Positions 27,626-37,052 of a stretch of 64,000 bases of DNA are shown piece after piece. Every line of letters starts with the position of its first letter. The stretch's first letter is position 1. Both the position numbers and the translations under genes were made by a program. The notes beneath the pieces were generated by a model. It worked only from the letters and a program-made list of their open reading frames with translations, was not told where the DNA came from and ran no database searches. Origin of the DNA: Sedimentisphaerales bacterium (GTDB lineage: Bacteria; Planctomycetota; Phycisphaerae; Sedimentisphaerales; Anaerobacaceae); the NCBI GenBank assembly GCA_040772485.1, contig JAXGYC010000010.1, forward strand, positions 32,001 through 96,000. The letters run 5' to 3'.

Positions 27626-29461
27626 TCAAGGCGGAGGAGGCTGGGGGGAGGCGAACTGCTTTTCGTGGAGGTCGCGGTAGAGGCCGGCCTGGGCGAGGAG
27701 TTCGTGGTGGGCGCCGGACTCGACGATGCGGCCGTTCGAGAGGACGAAGATGCGGTCGGCGTTGACGACGGTCGAGAGGCGGTGGGCAATGGTAAACGTG
27801 GTGCGGCCGGCGATCAGGCGGCTCATCGCGCTCTGGATCAACTGCTCGGACTCGGTGTCCAGGGCCGCGGTGGCCTCGTCGAGGATGAGAATCTTCGGGT
27901 CCTTCAAGAACGCTCGGGCAATCGTGATGCGCTGGCGTTGCCCGCCGGAAAGCGAAGTCCCCCGCTCGCCCACTTCCGCGTCGAACCCGCCCGGCAGCGA
28001 CTGGATGAACTCGTACGCGTTGGCCGCCTTGCTCGCCTCGACGACCTCGGCGTCGGACGCCGTCGGGTCGCCATAGAGGATGTTCTCGCGGATCGTGCCG
28101 CTGAACAGGATCGGGTCCTGCAACACGATGGCGATGTGCCGGCGAAGCGACTTGACCTTCACGTCGCGGACGTCTTGGCCGTCGATCCTCACACTCCCGG
28201 CGTTGACGTCGTAAAAACGTGGAATCAAGCTGACGATCGTGGTCTTGCCCGAGCCGCTGGGCCCGACGAGGGCCACCTTCTCGCCCGGCGCGACCTGGAA
28301 CGTGACCTCGTGCAGCACGGGACACGTGCCGTCGTAGGAGAAGTTGACACGGTCGAACTCGACGGCGCCCCGCACGTTGTCGAGTTCCACGGCGCCGGGG
28401 GCGCTGACGATCTCGGGTTTCTCGTCCATGATCTCGTAGATCCGGTCGAGGGCGGCCATCGCGTTGGCGTACACCACGTTGAGCTCGCTGAACCGCTGCA
28501 ACGGCAGGTACAGCGGGCTGAGGTACATCGTCACCGCGATCAGATCGCCGACGCTCATGGTGCCCGCGATCACGCGGTAGCCTCCGAAGCAGACGACGAT
28601 CAGCGGGGCCACGCCCATGAGCGTCCCGGTGACCGCCTGATTGAGGCTCTGAATGAAGACCCGGCGCATGTTCGTGGTGAACAGCTTTTCCGAGTCCGTC
28701 ACGAACCGCTTCCGCTCGCTGCGCTCCTGGTTGAAGGCCCGCACGACGACGCTGCCGCTGATGCGCTCCTGGGCGCTGCTGCTCATCGCCGACAGCTCAT
28801 CCTGGACCTGGCGGGTGGTGGTGCGAATCTCGTCGCGGAACCGCCGGAAGAACAGCAGGTACAATGGAAACGTCGAGAGCGCCACCAGCGTCGTGAGCAC
28901 GTCGATCCGCAGCAGCAAGGACACCACCACCAGCAGGGCCGCCGCGTCCATCCATGTGTTCGTCAGCGCGGTGCCCACAAGATTCTGGGCCAGTTGGATG
29001 TCGCTGATCAGCCGCGTGAGGATCGCCCCGCTCTTGTTCCGCTGGAAGAACGAGGCGCTCATGCGGAGGATCCGGTGGTACAGGTCGCAGCGCAGGTTGA
29101 ACACCGCGCGGTGGCTGGCCTTGTCGGCGTAGAGATGACGCAGATACGTGAACGGGGCATAGACGAAGATGAAAACCGCGATCATCCCGCCGGCGTAGAA
29201 GAACAGATCGCGATACTTCTGCGTCGCCGTCATCGTTTCGCTGAGGAACACGTCGTCGAGCAGATGGCGCGTCACCTGCGGCACCAGCAGCGGGACGGTG
29301 AACTTGACCACCCCGCCGAGGATCGCCAGGATCAGGTATCTCGTGTACGGCCGAACGTACCCCAGAAAGCGAATGAAGTTCTTGTGCTTACCCGCCAAAC
29401 CATGCCCCACAGGTATCGGTATGGCCCGAAACCATCCTGGCGTCGCGGCCGTATCCATCAT
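27626..29461 (-). CDS. ABC exporter, fused permease/ATPase (MsbA/Sav1866 type)
   Basis: Six-TM domain; GPSGSGKT, LSGGQRQ, ILDEAT, IAHR. The start codon is uncertain. Confidence 0.92.
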   Translation of the reverse strand: MMDTAATPGWFRAIPIPVGHGLAGKHKNFIRFLGYVRPYTRYLILAILGGVVKFTVPLLVPQVTRHLLDDVFLSETMTATQKYRDLFFYAGGMIAVFIFVYAPFTYLRHLYADKASHRAVFNLRCDLYHRILRMSASFFQRNKSGAILTRLISDIQLAQNLVGTALTNTWMDAAALLVVVSLLLRIDVLTTLVALSTFPLYLLFFRRFRDEIRTTTRQVQDELSAMSSSAQERISGSVVVRAFNQERSERKRFVTDSEKLFTTNMRRVFIQSLNQAVTGTLMGVAPLIVVCFGGYRVIAGTMSVGDLIAVTMYLSPLYLPLQRFSELNVVYANAMAALDRIYEIMDEKPEIVSAPGAVELDNVRGAVEFDRVNFSYDGTCPVLHEVTFQVAPGEKVALVGPSGSGKTTIVSLIPRFYDVNAGSVRIDGQDVRDVKVKSLRRHIAIVLQDPILFSGTIRENILYGDPTASDAEVVEASKAANAYEFIQSLPGGFDAEVGERGTSLSGGQRQRITIARAFLKDPKILILDEATAALDTESEQLIQSAMSRLIAGRTTFTIAHRLSTVVNADRIFVLSNGRIVESGAHHELLAQAGLYRDLHEKQFASPQPPPP

Positions 29462-29520
29462 AGAATCCACTGGCGCCGAGTGTATCGAAATCGCCTGAAA
29501 ACTCAACCTGGAAAGCATCT

Positions 29521-31218
29521 ATGACAACGCATCGCAACGCATGGCTGCCGTTGTTCCTGACCATCCTGGTCGGCGCCTCGTCCGCTGGGATCAGGCAGTG
29601 GCACGTCGCGCCGACGGAGATTCCGGGGATTGCCTCCGATCAGCAGGTTCGCACCGTCGGCGAGGCGGTTTCGCGCGCCGAGGCGGGCGATGTCGTCGTC
29701 ATCCACGTCGGGGTCTATCGCGAGGCCATCCGCATCGACAGCAGCGGCACGCAGCCGGAGCCGATCACGATCCGTGCCGCCGAGGGCGAAACCGTCGTCC
29801 TGACAGGAGCGGATCGGATCACAGAGTGGACACCAGAGGAATCGCCCGACGGCGGCGGGCGGGTCTACAGCACGCCGTGGCCGCACAAGTTCATCGCGTG
29901 GAACGAGAGCTACACGCATCCGGACGACGAATTCCATCGGCTCATCGGCCGGTGCGAGCAGGTCTTCGTCGGGGGCTACGCCCTGCGACAGGTGCTCCGC
30001 CAGGACAAGCTGACTCGGGGCGCCTTCTACGTCGACATGGACGCCGGGCGTCTGTACGTCTGCGCCTATGACGACCGCGACATCGCCGGCAACAAGGTCG
30101 CCGTCGAGGCTTCCACGCGCGACCGCATCTTGAGCGTCAAGGGCAGCCACATCGTCGTACAGGGCCTCCGCTTCCGTTACGCCGCCAACCGCGCCCAGCA
30201 GGGCGCCGTCGAATTCGCCGGCGACCACCTCACCGTGGACGGCTGCGCCTTCGAGCACACCAACAGCAGCGGCGCGCAGTTCACGGGCGAGGACATCACC
30301 GTTCGGAACTGCACGTTCCAGCACAACGGCCAGCTCGGCTTCGGCGCCAGCCGGGCCCACCGCCTGCACCTGACCGGTTGCACGATTCGCAACAACAACG
30401 CCAAGGGTTTCGATCGCGGATGGGAGGCCGGCGGCAACAAGATTTGCCTGACGCGCGGCGCGGTGCTGGAACAAAGCACGTTCGTCGAGAATCGCGGCAA
30501 CGGCATCTGGTTCGACATCGGCAATGAGGACTGCGTCGTCCGCAACTGCCTGATCGCGCACAACGAGGACGCGGGCATCTTCTATGAAATCTCCTACGGC
30601 CTGCACGCCCACGACAACGTCATCATCGGCAACGGCCTGGCGGACTCGCCCGGCGCCTGGGGCGCGGCCGCGGGCATCAGCCTGTCCAGCTCGCCCGGCT
30701 GCACGATCGAGCGGAATCTGCTGATCGGCAACAAGGAAGGGTTCAACTTCCGCGAGCAGCAGCGATCGACGCCGCGGATCGCAGGCGGCTCGGAGCCGGT
30801 GTGGAACCACGACCAGATCGTCCGGCACAACGTCGTCGCCCACAACCGCGACGCTCAGGTCTGGGGCTGGTTCGACATCGCCGACGAGCGGCACTGGCCC
30901 AAGGCCATGCAGAGCGAGCAGGCCGGCGACCTTTCGCTCGAAGAACTGCGTCTGACATTCGAGAACAACCTCTACTGCCCTGCCAGCGGCCAGGGCCTGT
31001 TCCACTGGGGCGTCTCCTGGAAAAGGCACGAGGAGTACCGGACGCTCGACGAGGTGCGGACGGAATTGGGACTGGGCCAAGGCAGCCGGGTTGCGGAGTT
31101 CTCTGTCGCGGACCACTCTGGCCTGGACCTGCGAATCCCGGCCGGCAGCGAGGCGATCGCGATGGGCTGCTATCCGCAGGGAACCATCCCCGGCGTGCGG
31201 TTGGGCATAGCCCCGTAG
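29521..31218 (+). CDS. Secreted right-handed parallel beta-helix protein (pectin-lyase-like fold)
   Basis: Signal peptide; AGDVVVIHVGVYRE; repeated beta-helix coils (GIWFD, GIFYE). Confidence 0.8.
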   Translation: MTTHRNAWLPLFLTILVGASSAGIRQWHVAPTEIPGIASDQQVRTVGEAVSRAEAGDVVVIHVGVYREAIRIDSSGTQPEPITIRAAEGETVVLTGADRITEWTPEESPDGGGRVYSTPWPHKFIAWNESYTHPDDEFHRLIGRCEQVFVGGYALRQVLRQDKLTRGAFYVDMDAGRLYVCAYDDRDIAGNKVAVEASTRDRILSVKGSHIVVQGLRFRYAANRAQQGAVEFAGDHLTVDGCAFEHTNSSGAQFTGEDITVRNCTFQHNGQLGFGASRAHRLHLTGCTIRNNNAKGFDRGWEAGGNKICLTRGAVLEQSTFVENRGNGIWFDIGNEDCVVRNCLIAHNEDAGIFYEISYGLHAHDNVIIGNGLADSPGAWGAAAGISLSSSPGCTIERNLLIGNKEGFNFREQQRSTPRIAGGSEPVWNHDQIVRHNVVAHNRDAQVWGWFDIADERHWPKAMQSEQAGDLSLEELRLTFENNLYCPASGQGLFHWGVSWKRHEEYRTLDEVRTELGLGQGSRVAEFSVADHSGLDLRIPAGSEAIAMGCYPQGTIPGVRLGIAP

Positions 31219-31417
31219 CGACCCGTGTCGGCGGCCATTATTGCCTGGCGCTGCCACACGAGGAACTGGAATATCTTCACAAGTTTCCGCCCTCCCTTGC
31301 CGAAATAAGAAAGATGCTTGAGGCGCCGCCGGCAATTCGGTAGAATGGTATCTTCGCGTCCGGGGATAGGAACGCGTGCGGTTCCGGCCCCTGGGCGTCA
31401 GGATATATCGACGAAGA

Positions 31418-32197
31418 ATGCAGACCGCGATAGGTCATACAATCTCTGACTTGCACCTGTTGACCACCCGCAGCTCGGCTGCGAAGATGATGCCCAGCCT
31501 GCACCACGCCGCCTCGGAGGCAGGTCTGTTCGTCCTCAACGGGGACATCTTCGACTTCCAATGGTCTTTCTATCCCGACCTCGAGCGGTCGCTCCAATAC
31601 GTCGAGGACTGGATCGACGATCTCGTCGCACGACATCCCCGCTGCCAGTTTGTCTTCATCACGGGCAACCACGACAGCCTCCCGGCCTATGAGGACCTGC
31701 TGGAAGAGCTGTCCGGACGGTACGCCAACCTGTCCTGGGATCCGTTCTATCTGAAGATCGGCGAGAAGGTGTTCCTGCATGGCGACGTGCACCATTCGCC
31801 GACGCCGGAAACGCTTGCGGCCTATCGGTCGAGGTGGCACGGACCGCCTCACAAGCCGTGGGCCCATACGGCGTACTACGTGTTCGCATGGCTTCGCATC
31901 CCGCGTCTGATCCACGAACTGACGCCGGCACACCGGCCCGTTGCGGATGTAATCACGTACCTCAGGGCGGAGCTGGGACCTCGCTTCTGCGACGTGCAGG
32001 ACGTCTATTACGGCCATACGCACAAGCCGCACTCGAACTTCCTCTGCCAGGGGCTGCGCTTCCACAACACCGGCGCCACCCTCCACGGCGTGCGATCGCG
32101 CATCCAGACGTTCCTGTACGATCCGGCCGACCTGGAGCAAGGGCTTCAGGAGCGCAACCACCACCATGTCAAGCCCGTCGGCGCAAGCGTCGCATAG
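31418..32197 (+). CDS. Calcineurin-like metallophosphoesterase (LpxH-like)
   Basis: SDLH, GDIFD, GNHD, HGD and GHTH motifs. Confidence 0.88.
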   Translation: MQTAIGHTISDLHLLTTRSSAAKMMPSLHHAASEAGLFVLNGDIFDFQWSFYPDLERSLQYVEDWIDDLVARHPRCQFVFITGNHDSLPAYEDLLEELSGRYANLSWDPFYLKIGEKVFLHGDVHHSPTPETLAAYRSRWHGPPHKPWAHTAYYVFAWLRIPRLIHELTPAHRPVADVITYLRAELGPRFCDVQDVYYGHTHKPHSNFLCQGLRFHNTGATLHGVRSRIQTFLYDPADLEQGLQERNHHHVKPVGASVA

Positions 32198-32223
32198 GCC
32201 GCCCTGCCCCTGCCTGGCGAACA

Positions 32224-33603
32224 TCAATCGTGCCGCAGGGCAATCACCGGGTCGACACGGGCGGCGCGCAGAGTGGGGTAGATGCCCGCGATCAGACTGA
32301 TGAGCACCGAAAAGCCGATGCCGCCCAGGCACAGCCACCAGGGAAAGCTGAAGTACTGGATGAAGGGCACGCCCTCCCGGGCAGTGAAACCGTTGACGAC
32401 CTGATTGATCACAAAGCTCACCACCCACGCCAGAGCCAAACCGAACACGCCGCCCAGAAGCCCGATCATCCCCGACTCAAAGAGGAAGATCTTCTGCACG
32501 TCGCCATCGGTCGCCCCGACCGCCTTCATCACGCCGATCTCACGATAGCGTTCGAGGATCGACATCACCATCGTGTTGACGATCCCCAGCGAGGCGACCG
32601 TGACGCCGATCATCCCCACCGCCAGCAGGAACATGTCCACGATCATGAAGCCCTTTTGCATCTCCTCCAACTGGTCCATCAGAGCAAAGGTCCGCAGCCC
32701 GCGTTCTTCGAGCTTCGCCTCGACCGACGCCACCTGCGAGGGCGAGGCAACTCGGACGGTCACCGTCGAATAGCCGGCCATCTGCTCAGCGGGCCGGAAG
32801 AGATCGGATACGCCTGTCAGCACGAGCTTGCGCATTCGACCGGCAGCGCCGGGAGGAATGTACACGTCGCTGCGGATCGGCATCGGGCCACCGAACCCCA
32901 TTCGCTCGACCACGCCGACAATGGTGAACGTGTATCGCTGATCGGAAATGGGCAGGCGTTGGTCGCCTCGAGCGAAGGCCATGCGCATCAGGCTGGCCAG
33001 GCTGAAGTCCAGAATGATGGTGCGGATCTCAACCTTCTGACCGACGGCGGTCTCGGGCTTCGTGTTGCCCAGGCGCCGCAACAGCGAATCGCTGATCATC
33101 ATTTCGTTCGGATCATCGCTGGCGTACGGCTGCCCCGCTCGCAACTGAATCAGCCCCGACCGGCACGCCTTGGCCGTCACGACCTGGATGAAGGTAAACC
33201 GGTCCTCCTTACCCAGCCCTACCTGGGCGGGGAAACGCATCTCGGGAAAAGCGGCCTCGACACCCTCCATCTGCATCACTTCGTCGATGAACTTGTCGTC
33301 CAGCACCGTGACCGGCTTGTTGGGCTCGCCGATCGGCACGGCATCAGAATAGGTCTCGGGCGCATCGGGATCGAATTCGGCGGGATCGGGCTGCCTGCCG
33401 TGTCTCGGGGAAACGTTGATATAGTTGAGCAGGTCCATCTCGTCGAACTGGTCGCGGATGTTCTGCTGAACGCCCTGCCCGAAGGCGAACATGCAGACGA
33501 GAGCCCCGATACCGATCACGACGCCGCCGGTGGTCAGAAACGTGCGCAGCTTCTTCTTCCACAGATTCGTCCAGGCCTGCTCGATATAGTCCGACGCTCT
33601 CAT
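32224..33603 (-). CDS. MacB/FtsX-family ABC permease
   Basis: LRTFLT..GVVIGI, ERYREIGVMKAVGA, AARVDP. Confidence 0.9.
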   Translation of the reverse strand: MRASDYIEQAWTNLWKKKLRTFLTTGGVVIGIGALVCMFAFGQGVQQNIRDQFDEMDLLNYINVSPRHGRQPDPAEFDPDAPETYSDAVPIGEPNKPVTVLDDKFIDEVMQMEGVEAAFPEMRFPAQVGLGKEDRFTFIQVVTAKACRSGLIQLRAGQPYASDDPNEMMISDSLLRRLGNTKPETAVGQKVEIRTIILDFSLASLMRMAFARGDQRLPISDQRYTFTIVGVVERMGFGGPMPIRSDVYIPPGAAGRMRKLVLTGVSDLFRPAEQMAGYSTVTVRVASPSQVASVEAKLEERGLRTFALMDQLEEMQKGFMIVDMFLLAVGMIGVTVASLGIVNTMVMSILERYREIGVMKAVGATDGDVQKIFLFESGMIGLLGGVFGLALAWVVSFVINQVVNGFTAREGVPFIQYFSFPWWLCLGGIGFSVLISLIAGIYPTLRAARVDPVIALRHD

Positions 33604-34307
33604 GGTCCGTCCCTCAAGGTCTCCTGCGAGACGACCGCGCCGTCCTGGAGATACACCATCCTGTCGGCAAACTCGCGAAGCAGAGCCTCCTCGTGGGAGA
33701 TCATCACGACGGTCAGCCCCCGCTCGGCCCTCAGGTCGGCCAGGAGGCGCACGATCTGCTGCGAGGTCTTGCTGTCGAGATTGCCCGTAGGCTCATCGGC
33801 CAACAGGATTTGCGGCCGGTTCGCCAACGCCCGCGCTATGGCGACTCGCTGCTGCTCACCTCCGGACAGTTCGGTGGGCCGGTGGTTCAGGCGCGCGCCG
33901 AGGTCGACCAGGTTCAGAAGCTCGGCCGCACGGTTCGCCCGCTCCTTCTTCGCAACGCCGGCGAACAACAGCGGAAACGCGACGTTCTCCAGAGCGGAAT
34001 ACGAGGCGACCAGATTGAACGACTGGAAGATCATGCCGACCGTGTGGCGGCGAAACAACGCCAGCTCGGCCTTGCTGAGATCGGAAATCCGTCGGCCATC
34101 GACGCGGATGCTGCCCGACGAAGGCGTATCCAGTCCACCGAGCAGATTCATCAGCGTGGACTTGCCGCTGCCGGAGGTCCCCGTCACGCCCACGAACTGA
34201 CCGCGATCCACCGAGAGCGTCGCGTTGCGCAGCGCAACCACCTCGACCGAGCCCAAGGAGTAGACCTTGGTCAAATCCTGCACCTGGATGAAACCGTCAC
34301 TGTCCAT
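33600..34307 (-). CDS. LolD/MacB-type ABC ATP-binding protein
   Basis: GTSGSGKST, LSGGEQQR, LADEPTGNLD. Confidence 0.92.
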   Translation of the reverse strand: MDSDGFIQVQDLTKVYSLGSVEVVALRNATLSVDRGQFVGVTGTSGSGKSTLMNLLGGLDTPSSGSIRVDGRRISDLSKAELALFRRHTVGMIFQSFNLVASYSALENVAFPLLFAGVAKKERANRAAELLNLVDLGARLNHRPTELSGGEQQRVAIARALANRPQILLADEPTGNLDSKTSQQIVRLLADLRAERGLTVVMISHEEALLREFADRMVYLQDGAVVSQETLRDGP

Positions 34308-35097
34308 GAGCCAGCAGGAACGCCTGCAACCCCTCCAGATCATCCGTGTTGAGCAGGTCGACGCCCGCCGCGAGCAGTTGCCGCCAGAGGGCGTCCCGCG
34401 CGGGCGAGCGGACCTCCGGCGTCGCCCAGAACCGCACGAGCCGGCCCTTTTCGTGGGCAGCTTGAACAATATGTTCGAGCTTCTGCGCCTCCGCATCGGG
34501 CATCGGACCCTCGCCCCTCCAGGTGAAATGGCTGAGCCACCGATCGCTGATCAGCGGAATCAGGCCAGCGGGCGCATCGGAATCCAGGTCGATCAGGCGG
34601 CCGTCGCAGCCGGCGTATCGGGTCTCCTGGGACCGCATCAGCTCGAAGGGGCGATTGCCCGAGACAATCACGAGGACCGCCTTGTCTTTGCGTCCTTCCA
34701 GCCCGAAGCTCGTCACGAGGTCGTGGTATTCCGCGAGGGTCTCGTGGAGCCTCAGGTAGGTCGGCTCGGCAGCCGACTTGAGATCGATCAACAAGAGAAA
34801 CCGCGGGTGGCCGGGGTAGATCCGCCCATTATTCTGCCTGGTCCGCTCCCGCAGCGGATCGAGATAGAGCGATCGCAGCGTGCGTTCCGGCCGGATCTCG
34901 CGGGCCTCGTGGGCGACGCACAACTGATCGCCGACGAGGAAGACATCTGCCTCCACACTGGCAAAGCCGTGCGCGAGCGCATCGAAGAGCGGCCGGCGGT
35001 GCAGGTAATCGTTGTGCGCGTGGGCCTGTGCCAACGGGGTGACGTTCGCCTGTGCCAGTACAACGGTCATCACGACAATGGACAGACCTGTAATCAT
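34297..35097 (-). CDS. Secreted PI-PLC/glycerophosphodiester phosphodiesterase-family protein
   Basis: AHAHNDY, SVEADV, VAH, LLIDLK, VRFWATP, LNTDD. Confidence 0.8.
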   Translation of the reverse strand: MITGLSIVVMTVVLAQANVTPLAQAHAHNDYLHRRPLFDALAHGFASVEADVFLVGDQLCVAHEAREIRPERTLRSLYLDPLRERTRQNNGRIYPGHPRFLLLIDLKSAAEPTYLRLHETLAEYHDLVTSFGLEGRKDKAVLVIVSGNRPFELMRSQETRYAGCDGRLIDLDSDAPAGLIPLISDRWLSHFTWRGEGPMPDAEAQKLEHIVQAAHEKGRLVRFWATPEVRSPARDALWRQLLAAGVDLLNTDDLEGLQAFLLAHGQ

Positions 35098-35361
35098 GTG
35101 CAGCCCCTTCAAGTACGCCGTAAGAACCTCTGGGACCTGCCGCTTGGCTTCTCGCCCAATACCATAACGTCCCGGTTCAAAGGTGACAATAGAAAGGTAC
35201 AATGCCCATGCAGCCCGTTCTGTGGCCCGCCTGGAGTCGGCGCGGGAGGCCCGAGAATGTCGCCCTTTCGGCATCGAAGCAGGATTGCACACCGGCAAGT
35301 CTGCCCATAGAATAGTCCCGACCGACCGGGTAGGCATGCAGCAGGAGATTGGAGGTCTTCC

Positions 35362-36996
35362 ATGGCGCGCTCAACACTTCTGACCGTAGCGGCAATCGCA
35401 GCCACGATATTCATCGGAACGGCCGTCGCCCCCCCATCGGCCGCAACGGCGCAGTCGCCGCAGACCGTCATGGTTCCCATGCGGGACGGCGTCAGGCTCG
35501 CCACCGACGTCTATGTCCCCGACGGCCAGGGGCCGTGGCCGACCGCCCTGATCTGCACGCCCTACAACCGTAAAGGCGCCCAGGGATTCGCCAAACAGGC
35601 CATCGAGCGGGGATACGTCCTGGTCGCGCAGGACTTTCGCGGGCGGTTCGACTCCGAGGGCGACGACTATCCCGTCTTCCTGGCCGGCGGCTGGGGCGAG
35701 CACCAGGACGGCTACGACACGGTCGAGTGGATCGCCAGGCAGGAATGGTCCAACGGCAAGGTCGGCGGATTCGGGATGAGCGCGCCGGGAATCGCGCTGA
35801 ACATGATGGCCCCCAGCCGGCCGCCGCATCTGGTCTGCTGCTATGTCAGCGTCGCGTTTTCGAGCATGTACCACCAGTGCGCCTACCAGGGCGGCGCGTT
35901 CCGCAAGGCCCTGCTGGAGACCTGGCTGAATCTGAGCAAGTTCACTCCGAAGAACCTGGAGCTGTTTCGCGCCCATCCGGACTACGACGACTTCTGGCGA
36001 GCGTTCGATTGCGAGGGCGTCGCCGATCGCGTGAATGTCCCGACCATGTACGTGGGCGGCTGGTACGACATCTTCATCGCCGGCACACTCAACAGCTTCG
36101 TGACAGTCCAGCACCGGGGCGATCAGGGCGCCAGCGGCAAGTGCCGGCTCGTGATGGAGCCTTACGGTCACGGCCGCAACGAGGACCTCGTCTTTCCCAA
36201 CACCGGCCATCCCCAGGCAGCCGACCTGTGGAACTGGTTCGACGTCTGGTTGAAGAATGACGGCCAAGGCCTCCAGGACATCCCGGTCGTCCAATACTAT
36301 GTGATGAGCGACCCCAACGACCCGAACACCCCGGGCAACCAGTGGCGCACCGCCGACGATTGGCCTGTCCCGGCGGAAGCGATAAAGATCTACTTCCGCA
36401 CGGACAAGAGACTTCGCCTCCGCCCGCCCGAGGAGCTGTTCGGTTCGCTGTCATACACATACGACCCCAAAAACCCCGTCCCCACGATCGGCGGAGCGAA
36501 CCTGACGATCTCCAAGGGGCCGATGGACCAGCGGCCGGTCGAGGACCGGCCCGACGTGCTGCTGTTCGATTCGCCGGTGTTCGACAGGCACATCGAGATC
36601 ACCGGGCCGGTCACTGTCAAGCTCTGGGTGTCGTCGACCGCTCCGGACACCGATTTTGCCGCCAAGCTCTGCGACGTCTATCCCGACGGACGCAGTATAC
36701 TCGTGCTGGACGGCATCCTCCGCGCCCGGCACCGCGAGTCGATGGCGACGAGCGTCCCGCTGGAACGCGACAAGATTTACGAGATCGAGATCGACCTGTG
36801 GGCGACCAGCCTGGTCTTCAGCCCCGGCCATCGCATGCGCGTGGCGCTGTCGTCCAGCAACGCCCCGCGCTTCGAGCCCAACCCGAACACAGGCAAGCCC
36901 TCGGGCGCGGACGCCCAGACAGAAGTGGCGACGAACACGATCTACATCAATGCCGAGCATCCCTCGCACATCGTGGTGCCCTTCGTACGTCACTGA
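35362..36996 (+). CDS. CocE/NonD family hydrolase
   Basis: VPMRDGVRLATDVY, DGYDTVEWIA, GWYD, C-terminal PepX-like domain. Confidence 0.92.
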   Translation: MARSTLLTVAAIAATIFIGTAVAPPSAATAQSPQTVMVPMRDGVRLATDVYVPDGQGPWPTALICTPYNRKGAQGFAKQAIERGYVLVAQDFRGRFDSEGDDYPVFLAGGWGEHQDGYDTVEWIARQEWSNGKVGGFGMSAPGIALNMMAPSRPPHLVCCYVSVAFSSMYHQCAYQGGAFRKALLETWLNLSKFTPKNLELFRAHPDYDDFWRAFDCEGVADRVNVPTMYVGGWYDIFIAGTLNSFVTVQHRGDQGASGKCRLVMEPYGHGRNEDLVFPNTGHPQAADLWNWFDVWLKNDGQGLQDIPVVQYYVMSDPNDPNTPGNQWRTADDWPVPAEAIKIYFRTDKRLRLRPPEELFGSLSYTYDPKNPVPTIGGANLTISKGPMDQRPVEDRPDVLLFDSPVFDRHIEITGPVTVKLWVSSTAPDTDFAAKLCDVYPDGRSILVLDGILRARHRESMATSVPLERDKIYEIEIDLWATSLVFSPGHRMRVALSSSNAPRFEPNPNTGKPSGADAQTEVATNTIYINAEHPSHIVVPFVRH

Positions 36997-37052
36997 GGAA
37001 GGATCGCTCCGTGAATCTGCTGCAACACGCATATCCCCAGAGGAGGGCGCTC

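Noticed and set aside
36342..37052. N-terminal 237 aa of the 929-aa ORF
   Set aside because: It overlaps the CocE gene out of frame. The real start is probably ATG 37053, with an AGGAGG RBS and signal peptide.
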